64,000 nucleotides of DNA from Camelus ferus (Eukaryota), in assembly GCF_009834535.1 (NCBI RefSeq), contig NC_045697.1, positions 31,250,001 through 31,314,000 on the forward strand, given 5' to 3'. Positions within the stretch are counted from its first letter, which is position 1. The number at the start of each line of letters is the position of its first letter. Shown in pieces: positions 26,666 to 39,699 of this stretch. The translations under genes were made by a program, and so were the position numbers. Under the pieces are notes generated by a model, which ran no database searches, was not told the origin of the DNA, and saw only the letters and a program-made list of their open reading frames with translations.

Positions 26666-28599
26666 AGAACTCAGTATCGTCGAACTCTTCTCGACATAAA
26701 CATCATCTCAACATACAGGATCTTGGGGACTAGGCCCAGAAGCTGGCCCAGGCTTATCCCTAACCCTAACCCAACTTCAGGAAACTGATTTTTGTTAGGA
26801 CATCCTGATGTGGCACTTTCTGAGTGTATACACAGCAAACACTTTGTTTTGTGTTTCCAAGGACATCTTTCATAACCATAGCCAAAAGGGTATGTGTACA
26901 GTCACCATAAGGCCATACATTCAGACCCTCTGTGGTCTAGAACTTGAAAATGGAATATTGGGATTGACGAAGACTCTGCTAGGGGACTAGGCTGATTGTA
27001 CATTTTTCTTCAACATTTGTAATTGAATTAATTCTCAGAAGAACTCAGATGTTTAGTATAAAGAATTACCCATGCTGTTAGAGTAGCATTCAAACTGAAG
27101 TGTGGCAGTTGTGAATTTTTTTCCCCTAGAATTAAACTGTCTGCCTGCTCTGTCATCTGGGTGTTTCCGCATTATACTTCACTCTCATCATAATCATTTG
27201 TGCCAGCTTAAAATTCCTTTTTCTCCACCTGTCAGGGAGCCTACATTTCTACATTTACAGATTCATTCCTCAGGAATCTTCAGTTAGAATGTGCTTTTTT
27301 TTTTTGCAAATGAAGGAGAGTAATAATATATCAAGGCCCTAAAAATTGTTAAAACCTTGGTCTGAATTTGTTCATCATGTACATTAAATTATTTGGCAAC
27401 CGACTATGTACAAAGGGCTTATTAATTTTTTCCATTCTAAATCTAATCTCTACCAGTCGTCTAAGAGAAGACTCAACAAAAGAAGGTGATAAGGATATCA
27501 AATATCTTGAACAGACATGTTCAAGAAGTAGAGGCATCAGTACCTCTGACGGTGGGCCAAAGAGTTTGTGAAGCAGAGTTTTACACGTAAATTTGCAACA
27601 AGATACAATGGTAGGGTGAACACGACGTTTCATAGTGAGGTCCCAGATCATGAGGGCATCATTTGTAAGAGAAATGAAGCGAAATTTGCTCTCTGTCTCT
27701 TGATTTTATCACTTATTTGTAGAATGCACAGTTGTTCAGAAAGTAGGGAAAACAAATTTTATCAACCAAGTTCTTTGGAGAGAGTTTTTGTATGCTGTTA
27801 TTTTCTTTCTTTTCTTCCAGCCTCATGAAGAGGGCTTCCCTGGACCACACTTAGAGATACTGAAATGTGTTCCCTATATCAGGGAAATAAAAATGGCTGA
27901 TGTCTGATTCTTGCTTGAGGACGATGAAATGGCCCAAGACAGCAGAGTATAGATTACTATGCACTTCATGGATTTGTAAGGGTAGAGTGAGAGAGCTAGC
28001 TGGGGGATGTTTAGTTCTATACCAAGAGATCTTCTGCTTATGGGCAAGTGGACCTCAAGAGTAATGTCCCTATGAGATAGAAACTCTGGGAAAGCAGAGC
28101 TTAAGAGGAGATGTCTATGCTATTTCAAGGGAAGCATGCATTTCCGATGTCAAGGAGCTGCAACGGAAGTTCTCATGGGGTTTTCCCAGGATCTCACAAA
28201 GGAGTCCAGGAGAGAGTGTAACCAAGCAAGACACTACTGCCATCATTTGTGACCATCTGATATCTGTAATGATGTTTGTAACTGCTTAACTATATGATGG
28301 TTTAAAGGGTTTTTCTCATGCTCTTGCTGACCGGGGTTGGACTGGAGAGGAGGGAGGCTTGGGTGGTCAGCCCAACCCCACTGTGGTGTTGTATGCAGGG
28401 TTCACACTCAGTGCCCTGCTCTCGCCCCTAGTGCCCTGCTCTTGACCCCTTGTGGTTTCCTTGTGTCCTGTTTTTGGAGCTGCCAGCCTCCACCTACAGC
28501 AGGAGGTCCCATTTATCATTTATCAATCTGACTTTAAACCACACAAGTTTTTTTCTAGAGCTCTTTTCCACGGAGCCCCTTCCTATGCATCCTTTGTTC

Positions 28600-28822
28600 C
28601 AGGTACAAGAATATTAAGAGAGTTCCAAAGCCAAAGATGAGCTTCACACCCAGCAGAAGGAAGGGGACTACTGCATCTGCAAAAACAAGAACAACTTTGC
28701 AACAATTTGTTACCCTGTGTACAATCCCCATGGCAACTGGCTCCATCCCTTGAACTCATGAACTTTTACTATAAAACCTCCTGCCTTCTCTCTCCAGCAG
28801 CGTCACAGTCTTGGAGGCACTG
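28600..28822 (+). mobile_element. Probable ERV1-class LTR fragment
   Basis: ttttactataaaacctcctgccttctctctcc...cacagtcttggaggcac resembles the TATA/R region of artiodactyl ERV1 LTRs; truncated before a poly(A) signal. Confidence 0.45.
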
Positions 28823-28879
28823 GAGGTCATAGTCTTGGGTCTTGTTTGTGTAACATCAATTGTATAAAAACAGTGAGAT

Positions 28880-29940
28880 GCCCAGATGTCTTTCCACAGA
28901 CAGTTTTCCTTCTCACCCTGCTGGAGAGGGAAATGTCACTCTCTGAAGAGTAAAACCTCGTCTTCCAGTCCCAAGGATGTGAAGAGAGCAGGGCCATGTG
29001 AAAGTCTGAATACTAAATGGGAAGGTCTCTGCCCCTTTACCCATTTGGTTCAGAGAATTCTGGCCTCAGTCCTGGGAGGAGACAGAGATTTCTCTCTGGA
29101 GAAATGGGCAGGTTGAGAGAAAAGAGAACCGATGTACAGACAATAGCACTGAGGTACGATTTTTAATGAAGCCCGATGCTTAGCTCTCTGACTTTCCACT
29201 CTGCATACACACAACTTCCAGTGAGCTTTTCCCTGTTTACTCTTAAATGGGAACAGAAATCCATGCATCAATCAAGAAAATCTCTAAAATCGTGAACGAC
29301 AAAGACCAGACTGAACAGGAGGAAACAGAGACAATGCAGGGGAAACAGAAAGCTGAAAGAAAAAAAAGGGAACATAATGAATACTTTGAGAAAAATAAAT
29401 GAAGATATTTCAATATTGAAACCAGAAAAGGAGAATAAAATAAAGAATCAGGCAGCAAGGAAAAGATCATGGAAGTTAAAAGTCATCATGATTTCAGAAA
29501 TGAGAATTTAATAGAGGGCTTAGAAAATAAAGTTGAAAAAAATCACCCAGGAAGAAAAACAAAAAGGAAAAGAAGAGAGAAAGGAGTTTCCAGAGAAAAA
29601 TAAGAGGAGTTCCAGAAAGAAGGAAGAGATAAAATCAAAGGGAGACGCTGTCAAAGAAATGGTTCAAGGCAATTCTCAGGGTTGAGGGAAGCTGGGGAAA
29701 TTCAGATTGGAAAGATCCACTGATGGCTGAGCACGATGGCGCACCAAACACACACAAAGTAATACTGTTGTGAAACTTCAGAATAGCATATGGATAAAGA
29801 GTAAATTTTAAAAGCTGTCTAAAAGGAATAAAATACATACGTATGTTTTCTTTCCTTAGGAAACAATAGGAATGCACTTTCCAGTAAAATAGAGGAGAAA
29901 ACTAAGGCGGGGCTAGGAATTGGAAGGAGGCCAAAGGAAT
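28880..29940 (+). mobile_element. HAL1 / ancient L1 ORF1 relic
   Basis: A-rich decayed ORF1-like strand (gaggaaacagagacaatgcagg, atagagggcttagaaaataaagttgaa, ggagttccagaaaga, ttcagattggaaagatccactga, gtgaaacttcagaa). Confidence 0.7.
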
Positions 29941-32900
29941 TCCCAATAGTCGCCCTCCACACACACAGCCCATCTTTTCCTCACTCTGGCAACAGAATCA
30001 CAACTGCAATAGTTAAAAATGTCTACTTAGTTCTTGTGATCTATCTACAAATATCTAGAGGATAATTTTTCATTGGAATTTTATAAAAATTCTCAAAAAA
30101 TCATACATTTTACTTTACTAAGTGAAAACTCTTGTTTATAGTTATGTAAACATAACTATACACTTGTGAAAGTATGATTTATTCTTAGTCAAGAATAAGA
30201 ATAACTTTTCTCTCTTGTCCTACTTTGTTTTTTCTTGTTCTTTTTTTTTTTTTTCTGTTCTGAGAATCGTGTAGACTACATCTTAGGTAATCAGTTCTGC
30301 CATGTTCTTCTCTGCTTTGTTAGGGCGGTGAATGTTTACTTCTGCTCTCTTAGCTGTCAAGTTCAATTTCCTTTTAGGGGAACCTCAGTTTACAATGACT
30401 CTCCTATTTAGTTAGTTAGTAAGTAAGTAAATAAATAAATAAAAGAGCAGGAGATAGCCTGGAAGTTTCATTATTTATCCCCCACCTCCCACATCCTGTG
30501 GTAGCACCCACCACATTTTGCATCCACCTTTCTCTGGGATATACTTACTTTAATTTGTGTCATGGCTAAGCTGTTACTGTTTTCTACTTAGACTTCCTAA
30601 AGACTTAATGCCTGGGGGAAGGTAAGGTTGTGCATAAATATTCATATTCTATAATGGGTTTTCTCATTAAATTACAGAAATAAAATACAAAATGCATTTA
30701 GTGGTTAGTGTCTACATAAGGCTTTCAATTCAATAGTTGATAAACACCTACCAATGTATCTAGCACTATTATGAAACTATGATAGTTTCAAAAATATGCA
30801 AAACATAGTTCCTGACTTGGCAAATTCCTTTGGGAGAACAAATCATACAAACATGAAACAGAATACAAGATACCGGTTTTTTTTTGATTGAGCAACTCAA
30901 TATGTAGTACAGACCATGGATGACTTGGGACACAGGAGACAAATGTCTGTTTCTACAAAGGAATAATGGCCGTGCCCTGTTACAAAATGGTATTGATTCT
31001 GGCCGGCAGGAAAGCTCACAGATGGGGAGTCAGCCAGCAGTTGAACTCATGCAGAGAACCATATGTCAAAACTAGACCTTTTGTGAATAATGCAGTCTGT
31101 CTGCAGTAAAGCCTTTGTTACAGACAAATATTTTAAGATAATCCCAGGGTTCAAAAGTCATCTTAACTCTTAGTGGACGTGCACAAAAAGTAGACAAAGA
31201 TGAACTTCAAGTATCCAATAATATTGGACCAGTATTCACCACTCTGCCATATGAAATATGATTGGAAACTCCTAGTTTCCACAAAATAAACTAAGGTGAC
31301 AAATCTTCCTATAATATGGGATTCTTTTACCTTTTTTTTTTTTCCTTCTATTAGAACATATTTTGACCTGAAGAATGGTCCTTACAATAATAAGGAGATC
31401 TTATTTTTTTCCGTAAGCCCTTGCTGAATGTCAGCTTACGTCTAGGGTATAAAAATGATAAAAAAGAGGAAGAAGTTATTCCATGAGACGGAAACATTCA
31501 TTGTAAGAGACCTGAGGCTTTAAAAATGTACCTGAAAGATATTTGGAAAGCTTTAACAACCATTAAGACTCTTGTCTGCCTTCAGGGGAAATATTGCAGA
31601 TTTTCATTCATGTTTAAAAATAAATGCAGACATTTAACTGACACTGCCCAAAGTTAACTTTGATTTCAGCACTTCACATGAACAAGGTAAGGTTAAGTCG
31701 TGCAACTGGTGAGTTTCCTAAGTTCTCCAAAGTGCATTTCAGAGTATATGTATTGCAAGCTCAGGCATCTCACCAATGGCTAATAGGTTCTATTAGATTT
31801 TGTGGGCTCTGGTCGGGCTGCCAGTGGCTCTTCTTACTTACTGTCTTAGCTTCTTCCTGAACTAGGAATATGCATAAGAGAAAATGTCTAGTATCAGGAA
31901 ATGAGTAACAAGTACCAATTTGCATAGATATAGCAAGTTCTCATTTTCCTTCTGGTTCTTCTGCACAGATTTCTTGAAACATTTCTTAAAGTGGAGGTAA
32001 AAATCTCATTTTTTTCTTATACTATTTTTGTGAGACCCAAATATGAACCACAGGAATTTTCCATTGTCGAAGTCAAATTTCAACCTAGCCTACAAAGTGA
32101 CTTAAATATGGCTTAAACGCCACCCATCCTGGGCATGTGGACCATTCAGTATAAAGTCAGATGATCTCAGAGGCCCCCTTGGAGGCAGCATAATAGTCCA
32201 TTTGGAAGTGTCTTCAAAAAGAGTTTTAAGACAGTGACACCTAGAAATCTTTAATTTCCATTTCACATCTTTGATTTATGTTCCAAATCAATCTCATTAA
32301 AAGAGTCCCCAGTGATACATTTAATTATTTAAAGGAATGTGAAGAATGTAAGGTATGACAGGGATGTAGACACTGGAAAACATTTACTAAGATGAATTTT
32401 AATTTCTTTGTATTTTGTATTGTAGTTAAGACCACATTCCGATACCTTATGGGAATAGGTTCTAGTGCAATTGCAAAAGGGGATAACTTGAATAAGAATG
32501 AATTGTTCACGGACCCTGGACGATTTTTCTTGATCTGCGCAATCAGTGCAAAAGCACCAGCCAACTCAAGAGCATTTCCTCCTGTGCGGAGCTGGTGTGA
32601 GGTGTTCTCAAAGCATATGGTCGAGAGGTATGTGTCCAGAGTGGAGCAATGACCCAGATAGTTCCAGTCTCCTGAAAGCTCAAAACAAATTTACCACCAG
32701 ACACCCAGCTCACGCAAGTGGTTTAAAAAACACTGAAAAAAGTCACAGGCTGTTTCCTGAAAGAGCCCTCAGCAGTTTGATTCATGTCAGCATTTAAGTA
32801 AAGTGACAAATGCGAGTCTTAAATGGAGAAGTGTCAGAAGCACAGTTTGGTTAGAAAAAGAAAAAATCTTTGTTATAGAAACTGGTTAAATAGAACTTTT

Positions 32901-33239
32901 TCACTCATCCACTATACAATTTTGTAAATTTTGCCTTTCACAGAAAAAAGCTGTCTTTCACAATGACAATAAAGGGGGAGAAGTGACATTTTCCACCTCA
33001 CAGTCTATGCTGCTGAGACTTTTTAAGAAAGAAGAGGAACTTGATTTTTGACATGCAACTGAGAATTACTAACATGCAAATAAAATAGTTAGGGTATGAC
33101 ATATTAAAGTAATGTTGAGATCTAAGATGTATGATGCTCCCCAACAAGTCTATAAAACATTAGTTGTTATAATTTCCTATTTGGTCAAACCTGTTGTATA
33201 ATTGATTGCTTATTTCTGAAGAAAAATCTTTTTCCTGGA

Positions 33240-34890
33240 TGCTCCAACTTCCTGTTTGCTCTGAAATGTTTTACTCTATAGAGCACTTTCCTGGGGGAGT
33301 CCCTCTAACTCTCCGCTTTGAAGAGCCTTTCTTATTTTAGTTTACTTACCTCATTTTTGCTGGAAAATATCTTCTAGCAACTGCCTAGGGAAACATACAT
33401 AGGCAGTATCTTTTTTGAAAATTTGAAAATGTCATAATTTTACTCAAAACTTTGATTAATAAAGAAGACTTACATAAAACTTTAGATGACAAAGATTATG
33501 TCCTAAAATAATTTATTTTTTGTTTTCTTGCTTCAAGTGTTGTTTTGAGAAGTCTCTTGCCATTCTGGTATGCCATTCTTATATGTGACATGTTTATTTG
33601 CTCTGAATTTTTCCTTACAATGTTTTCTCTATCCTGGGTGTTTTGAGATTTCATGGTAATGTGCCTCAGAAACTTTTTGATTCACTGAGTTACATTCTGG
33701 AGAATCATGTCCATCTAGATTGGAGAAATGGTCTTTATTTCTTCCCCTCAAGTATTTCCTGTGTTTTTCTTCCTGAAACTGGCTGTTGAATCTCATGGAT
33801 TGCTCCTTTAATTATTTTATCTTTTCTCTTCTATTTTACATATAAATACATAAATATTTAAAAAATAAATTGTTAGCTTTTCCTAACCTCTTTTGTCCAT
33901 TTTATGGAAATTGATATTTTTGATATCACTTTTTAATCTCTAGGGGATTTTTTAAATTCTTCTAATATTCTTTCTTTTAATGTGACTTTGATCTTTTTTT
34001 GAGAATGCAATATCTTTTTAAAATATCTTTCAAATATTATACATATAGGTATATATGTTTAATGTTCTTATTTTAACCTACATTGTCTCTGTTCTGAGTT
34101 AAGTGTTGTTTTAGTTTTTATTTGTCATGCTTTATCTTTCATACTCAGAACTTTAGTGATCATATTTACGAGTGGGGCACTAAAGACTTGATTTCATGGA
34201 GGTAGCTTGTAGATTGGTGATTTCACTCTGATGTCATGAACTAGACTTGTTCTCCTGTCAGTATCTACAGGACTCTTTTCTGGAGTGATTCAGCTTTCCA
34301 AAAGAAGGTCCTTCAGTCTTCTGCCTAAAGAACAGATACCTGGTTTTTGGTGTCCTGAGCCAATGAAGGCAAGGGAGATGGTACCCTAGACCCCGGGCTC
34401 ACTAAGGCCTCCTTGTCTCCTCTTTCTTGCACAAACCACATCCTCTGTCCCCAAAGCAAGGGCCACTCTGTCTCAGTTTCTCCAGAGGTAACACTTCTAC
34501 TCCTACAAGGGCAGGGAAGAATGGTCACCTGACTCCATAAGTGGGAGGGAGATGAGGACTATGTGGAGATCTGATTGCTGTGAAACAGATTTTTGAACGG
34601 TTCTCCTGTTTCAGCCTCTCACCTCCTCTCTGCCTTTAAATATAACTTGTTCCTGCAATTCCTAAGCCTTTCTGGAGTTTGGCCAGGAGACTAAAATTCT
34701 CCTCCCTTCTTTTTCTCTTAGCTTTGACTTTATCTCTCCTTAGTCATTTACTCTCCCTTTATGATACTGTGTTTTAGGGTCACAAATGTCCCCCTGTTTC
34801 ATTGAAGACAGATTTTACATTTCTTTTATTCTTTTTAAAGGGGTGGCTTTGGAGAGGGGAAGGGAGTAAAATAGTTTTACTCTGTCCTCT
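33240..34890 (-). mobile_element. HAL1 / ancient L1 5'-ORF1 relic
   Basis: Antisense HAL1-type motifs (ctcatttttgctggaaaatatcttctagcaac, aaaatgtcataattttactca, ttgagaagtctcttgccattctg, gagatttcatggtaatgtgcc, ttctcctgtttcagcc). Confidence 0.7.
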
Positions 34891-35124
34891 CTCTCGTTAA
34901 GTATCAGGAAAAAATAAGATGATTTGTATTATCTGTTTTGTTTTCATTCCACATATACAATGACCCCTGTAAGTTTGCTCATATTTCTTTGATGGATGTA
35001 AGGAAGCTCAGAGACCAACCTGCAATAATCCTCAAGCTGAATATGTGTCATGCATTGGTCTATTAATCCAAATCTTACTTTCAATATGTTCCACTATCAG
35101 TTTCCCTTTTTTAAGATTCCCTTC

Positions 35125-35749
35125 ACAATCCCTCCTACACTGTAAGTGGGAATGTAATTTGGTGCAGCCACTATGGAAAACAGTATGGAAATTCCTTAAA
35201 AAACTAAAAGTAGACTTACCCTATGATCCAGCAATCCAACTCCTGGGCATATATCCAGAGGAAATTCTAATTCAAAAAGATATATGCACCCCACTGTTTA
35301 TAACAGCACCATTTACAATAGCCAAGACATAGAAGCAACCTAAATGTCCATCAACAGATGATTGACTAAAGAAGATGTGGTATGTATATGCAATGGAATA
35401 CTACTCAGCCATGAAAAATTAAATAAAGCCATTTGCAGCAATATGGATGGACCTAGAGATTATCATACTAAGTGAAGTAAGTCAGACAAAGACAAGTATA
35501 TGCTACAAGTATATGTATTATCTAAAAAAAAATCAACACAAATGAACTTATTTACAAAACAGAGACAGACTCCCAGACATAGAAAGCAAACTTATGGTTA
35601 CCAGGAGAAAGAAGCAAGGGAGGAATAAATTAGGATCCTAGAATTTGCATATACTAACTACTACATATAAAATAGAAAAACAACAAGGTCTTACTATTTA
35701 GCCCAGGGAAATATATTGAATATCTTGTAATAGCCTATAATGAAAAAGA

Positions 35750-35808
<59 letters not shown>

Positions 35809-35873
35809 CAATTAAATCACTATTCTGTGCACCAGAAACTAACACAACATTGTAAATCAACTAAACTTTAATA
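35125..35873 (+). mobile_element. Lineage-type L1 3' end with perfect 12-bp TSD
   Basis: ccctcctacactg...atgatccagcaatcc...caccagaaactaacacaacattgtaaatcaac. TSD aagattcccttc at 35113-35124 and 35874-35885; tt/aaga L1-endonuclease-type site. Confidence 0.97.
35751..35808. repeat. Compound microsatellite (TG)16(TA)13 inside the L1 3' UTR
   Basis: Read directly from the sequence. Confidence 0.95.
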
Positions 35874-37179
35874 AAGATTCCCTTCCTTTCATTAATATAC
35901 ACACATTGCGTATATTTTATATATATATGTGTGTGTGTATATATATTGTGTATATATATGTATATACACACACACACACATTTATTTTAGTTTGAATTAT
36001 ATCTATTTTTGTAGCTAAGCAAACCAACTATTCTCTGGTTCCTTGAGAGAAAGCAGATAAATAAATAAAAGGAGGAAGAAAAGAAGGAGGGAAGGAAAGA
36101 GCAAAGGTAAGAAAGAGAGTATGGAAAAAAATAATTTAAGAGGAAAGAGAAAATTTCAGCATTATTATCCCTAAATTGAGGATGATGAAGTTACTTCCCA
36201 GAGTTATTTTAAGTTGATATACACTAAGTCATGTAAAAATCTGGCACATTAATAAATATGTCCTGCCCCTCTCCCACCCCAGACACATATCTTTCCTCTT
36301 CACTCAATATCATTACATCTTAAAGAAAAATTAATGGCAATGAGCATGATTAACAAAACTAATAGTCATGGCCGCTGCTGCCTTGTAGAGCTTGACCATG
36401 TAGCAGAAACTGTACTGAGCACATCACATAAATTGTTTCTGGGACTAAATTACATAACAAGTGAAAGCATTTAGCACAATAACTGACACATCAAAACTAC
36501 TCAAAAATGTTTGTCTTGAAGTATTTATTGACTTTCCTTTATGATTTCATTTTTCCTTCCCTGGACCTTTTCTGCCTTTTCTTTGTGGTTTGATAGATTC
36601 CAATCAGGCACCTCACTCCAGGTATTTCTTCACGTGTTTACACTCGATAGGGGCTTCTGCTTGACTGTTCTGTATGTCACTAGATTTCAAGGGCCCAGGG
36701 TGACCTGACCAGACACCTTGCCTCACGCCGACCATGGCTTTCAGGGAAGACAAATCACGCTTTCAGGTCACACGGCAAGTTAGCTGGAAACCTGTGCATT
36801 TTAATCAGGGATTTTAGCTCAGTATTGACAGTACTGCATGGTTTTCTCCTTATTTGCTTTTTAATGATTATATACATTTGTTTCCCCCTCAGCCAGTGTA
36901 CAGTTGACCATTTAATTGAAAAAGATTGCATGTTACATGATTCCATTATATGTGTTTCAGTATTTGCTTTGTAATAATTTATTTTAGTCCTTTATTTAGG
37001 TCTTCTGTTAAGGATCTTCAATGCCACAGTTTCCTTGGCTGCCTAATGTTGACTCTTCAATGTCTTTTGATGGGACTATTCCAAACATGTTAAGATGCAC
37101 ATTCATCTTTTTTGTCTTTTCAAATACAGCCCATCAAAAGCCCAAAGAGGATAGCAATTGACCATTTTTTTCCACTTCT

Positions 37180-37323
37180 AAAATTAGACCTTATTATTAC
37201 CAAGAAAAATGTCAACTTTTCAGAGCATATTATCTTTTGGAAAATTTGATAGCTATCAGTGAGTGTTTTAAAATGATAATGAAAAAGTTGACATTTTTCT
37301 TGGTAATAATCAGATCTAATTTT
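37180..37323. repeat. Long inverted repeat / palindrome (perfect 28-bp arms, 39/41 when extended)
   Basis: ATTATTACCAAGAAAAATGTCAACTTTT (37193-37220) is the exact reverse complement of 37283-37310; central palindrome TGATAGCTATCA (37247-37258). Confidence 0.95.
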
Positions 37324-38627
37324 TTCCAAATTCTGAATACCAAAAGCCTGTGCACATAAGGAACTAATAATTACATTGAATAGGACTGGAAACAGTGAGA
37401 AGCCCCACGAGTTCATTTTTCTTTGATAGGTCTAAGTTATTTCATAGTGACTCGCTCATGGGAAGATGAATGAAACTGACAATCTAAACGACAAGAAAGC
37501 TGATAACTAGATTCTAAATGTTCATCTCTGCACATTGATGTCAACTGAGAGAACTAGTAACACTTGAGAAAACTATAGGAATAGTGTCTAAACTTGTGGC
37601 TATAAAAAAAGGCAGATAATGGAGTTAGAACTGACAGGAATGATTAAGAGAATATGGCAGAATTTTCATCTGAAGTACAAAAATCTTTTATTAACGGTCT
37701 TTGAAAGTAAAGAAAAACAAGATTGAAATTTGTGAGATTGTTTAGCTGTTTTCTCTGTACTGTGGGGTTTTCTATGACTGATTTCTAGACTTGAATTTTA
37801 GGTAACCCTGACTCATGATTTTGAAATATAAAAAAATATAAAATATATCTAAAACATGCATATATGTACATATAAAGTTTCTATGTATATGTTATATTAT
37901 ATATGTACATGTATATTTGTTTTTATGTATATATAAAGTTTATACAAATAATTCAAAAGCTTAATTGAATATCTATAACATTTTTAATATTACTAAAGTC
38001 TGACTATATTTTTAACTTTACTAATTTATAATTCTGTGTTCCTTCTTTCTTCTTGGGAAATGCTCCCCCTACAGATTATCTTTCTTCCATGATTTCAAAC
38101 AGAAGCACAGTGTTTCTTTTCCCATATTTATATTGTTGTTATTATGATTATTGGAATTTAGTAAGATTCATTGAGTTTGGGTGTATCCTAAAGACTTTTA
38201 TCAAATTAAACATTTACCACTTTTCCTCACAAAATAAAACTCATGATAACTTGTTAAATGCATCTATTACCACTCACCTTTTAGTTATGCAATGGCTGTT
38301 TTCTGGTGAATTAATAAATTGGTTAAAAATAGAAATAAAGAAATCCATAGCCAAGAATCCTCTGATCATCTGTTTGAATGGTGGATAGGGAAAGACAAAC
38401 CTGTCTGTCATTTGGCTTCTGGAGAGCAGAGGCAGCTTTAGGAAGCTCTGTTTAGGCCAAACTTCTATCTAGTATCAAGAGGAATACTTTTGGGCCAGAC
38501 TGTTCTTAACTCACAAGAACTTTCAGTGCCATCTCTTCTGAGCTTTTGATACCTCTGAGCCAATTAAGCAAGGATTTGGTGCATGACAGCAGCACCAGCA
38601 GGGGTGGCTGTAGGGTAGAAGATAAGG

Positions 38628-38649
38628 GTGTGTGTGTGTGTGTGTGTGT
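38628..38649. repeat. (GT)n microsatellite
   Basis: About 11 GT units read directly. Confidence 0.9.
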
Positions 38650-39329
38650 ACAGACTCAATATCCACGAATGCATGGTTCGAAGGCTAAAACTCATCAGGT
38701 TCAGACTATAATTAATTACTCTGTAGACTAGACCAAAGTTGATTCATAATGGAAAATTGCCCTTGTGTAATAGTGTAGAAAACATGGCTATATTTATACA
38801 GAAAGTAGAATGTATACATGCACACATTCACCATTTTCTTGCAGACAGAAACCTAAGTACTGTAAAAATCTCCTGTGTGTAAATATGTTTCTAACAGGGT
38901 ATTAAATCACATCTTTAATATTTTGACAGGACTGGTAACATTTGATTAAATGAATCTTACAGATTAGCATCCTGATTTAGAACTCTCTAGATTCCCAGAG
39001 CTTTTAGGAGAGGATCTTAACCTAAACGAGATGAAATAAATAAGTGGGACACTGGTTAGAAGAAAAATCTCTTCTCATTCGGAAATAAGGATGGAATGCA
39101 TACCAATGAAAAGATAGTCTAATTCAGAAAATTTTAAAATTAATTCAGAAGAACACCAAAGTGAATCATTCCAGAGGCAGTATGGTCTTGTGAATAAAAT
39201 CTTAGTGCAATAATCAAGAATACTAGATTCAGTTCCTTGCTCTGAGGCTGAAGCTGTATCTATCTATCACATCTCCAGTCATTTAATCACTCAGTACACG
39301 CTAATTGAACACCACCTACTGGAAGTAGT

Positions 39330-39560
39330 AATATAACGTAGTAAAAAAAAGATGATGAACTCTGGAGCCACGCTGTGTTTGAATTCTGGCTCTGACCCCT
39401 ATCTACGTGACCTTGCAAAGGTCACTTAACCCTTGGAGGGCTTCAGTTCCTTACCTGTAAAATGGGAACAATAAAGGTATATTATATATTCTTGTTAAAT
39501 AAGTTAATATTTACAAAGAACAGTGCTTGACACATATTACATACTATAAGCATCTTTGCT
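39330..39560 (+). mobile_element. MIR SINE
   Basis: tgaactctggagcca...gtttgaattctggctctg...gtgaccttgcaaaggtcacttaacc...cttcagttccttacctgtaaaatgggaacaataa...agaacagtgcttgacacata. Confidence 0.85.
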
Positions 39561-39699
39561 CTTTTTAACATAGGACAAATTGAAGAAATGTTTATATCGG
39601 AGTCAAAGTAGGAGAGATAAGACATACACATGTGAAATCAAAATAATTCTGTATTAACTAGGATGTATATAATTATTGTTTTGTGTCTGTGCTTCATGC

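Noticed and set aside
26758..26772. ccctaaccctaaccc telomere-like repeat
   Set aside because: Only 2.5 units; too short to call an interstitial telomeric sequence.
27349..27828. Cluster of ORFs and the 9-bp hairpin TCTTGAACA-gaca-TGTTCAAGA (27505-27526) containing one p53 half-site
   Set aside because: Peptides unrecognised and frames stop after the putative acceptor. A 9-bp stem and a single half-site are expected by chance, and the 4-nt spacer does not fit a GRE.
30772..30790. Inverted repeat tgaaactat-g-atagtttca
   Set aside because: 9-bp AT-rich arms inside a probable L2 remnant; chance level.
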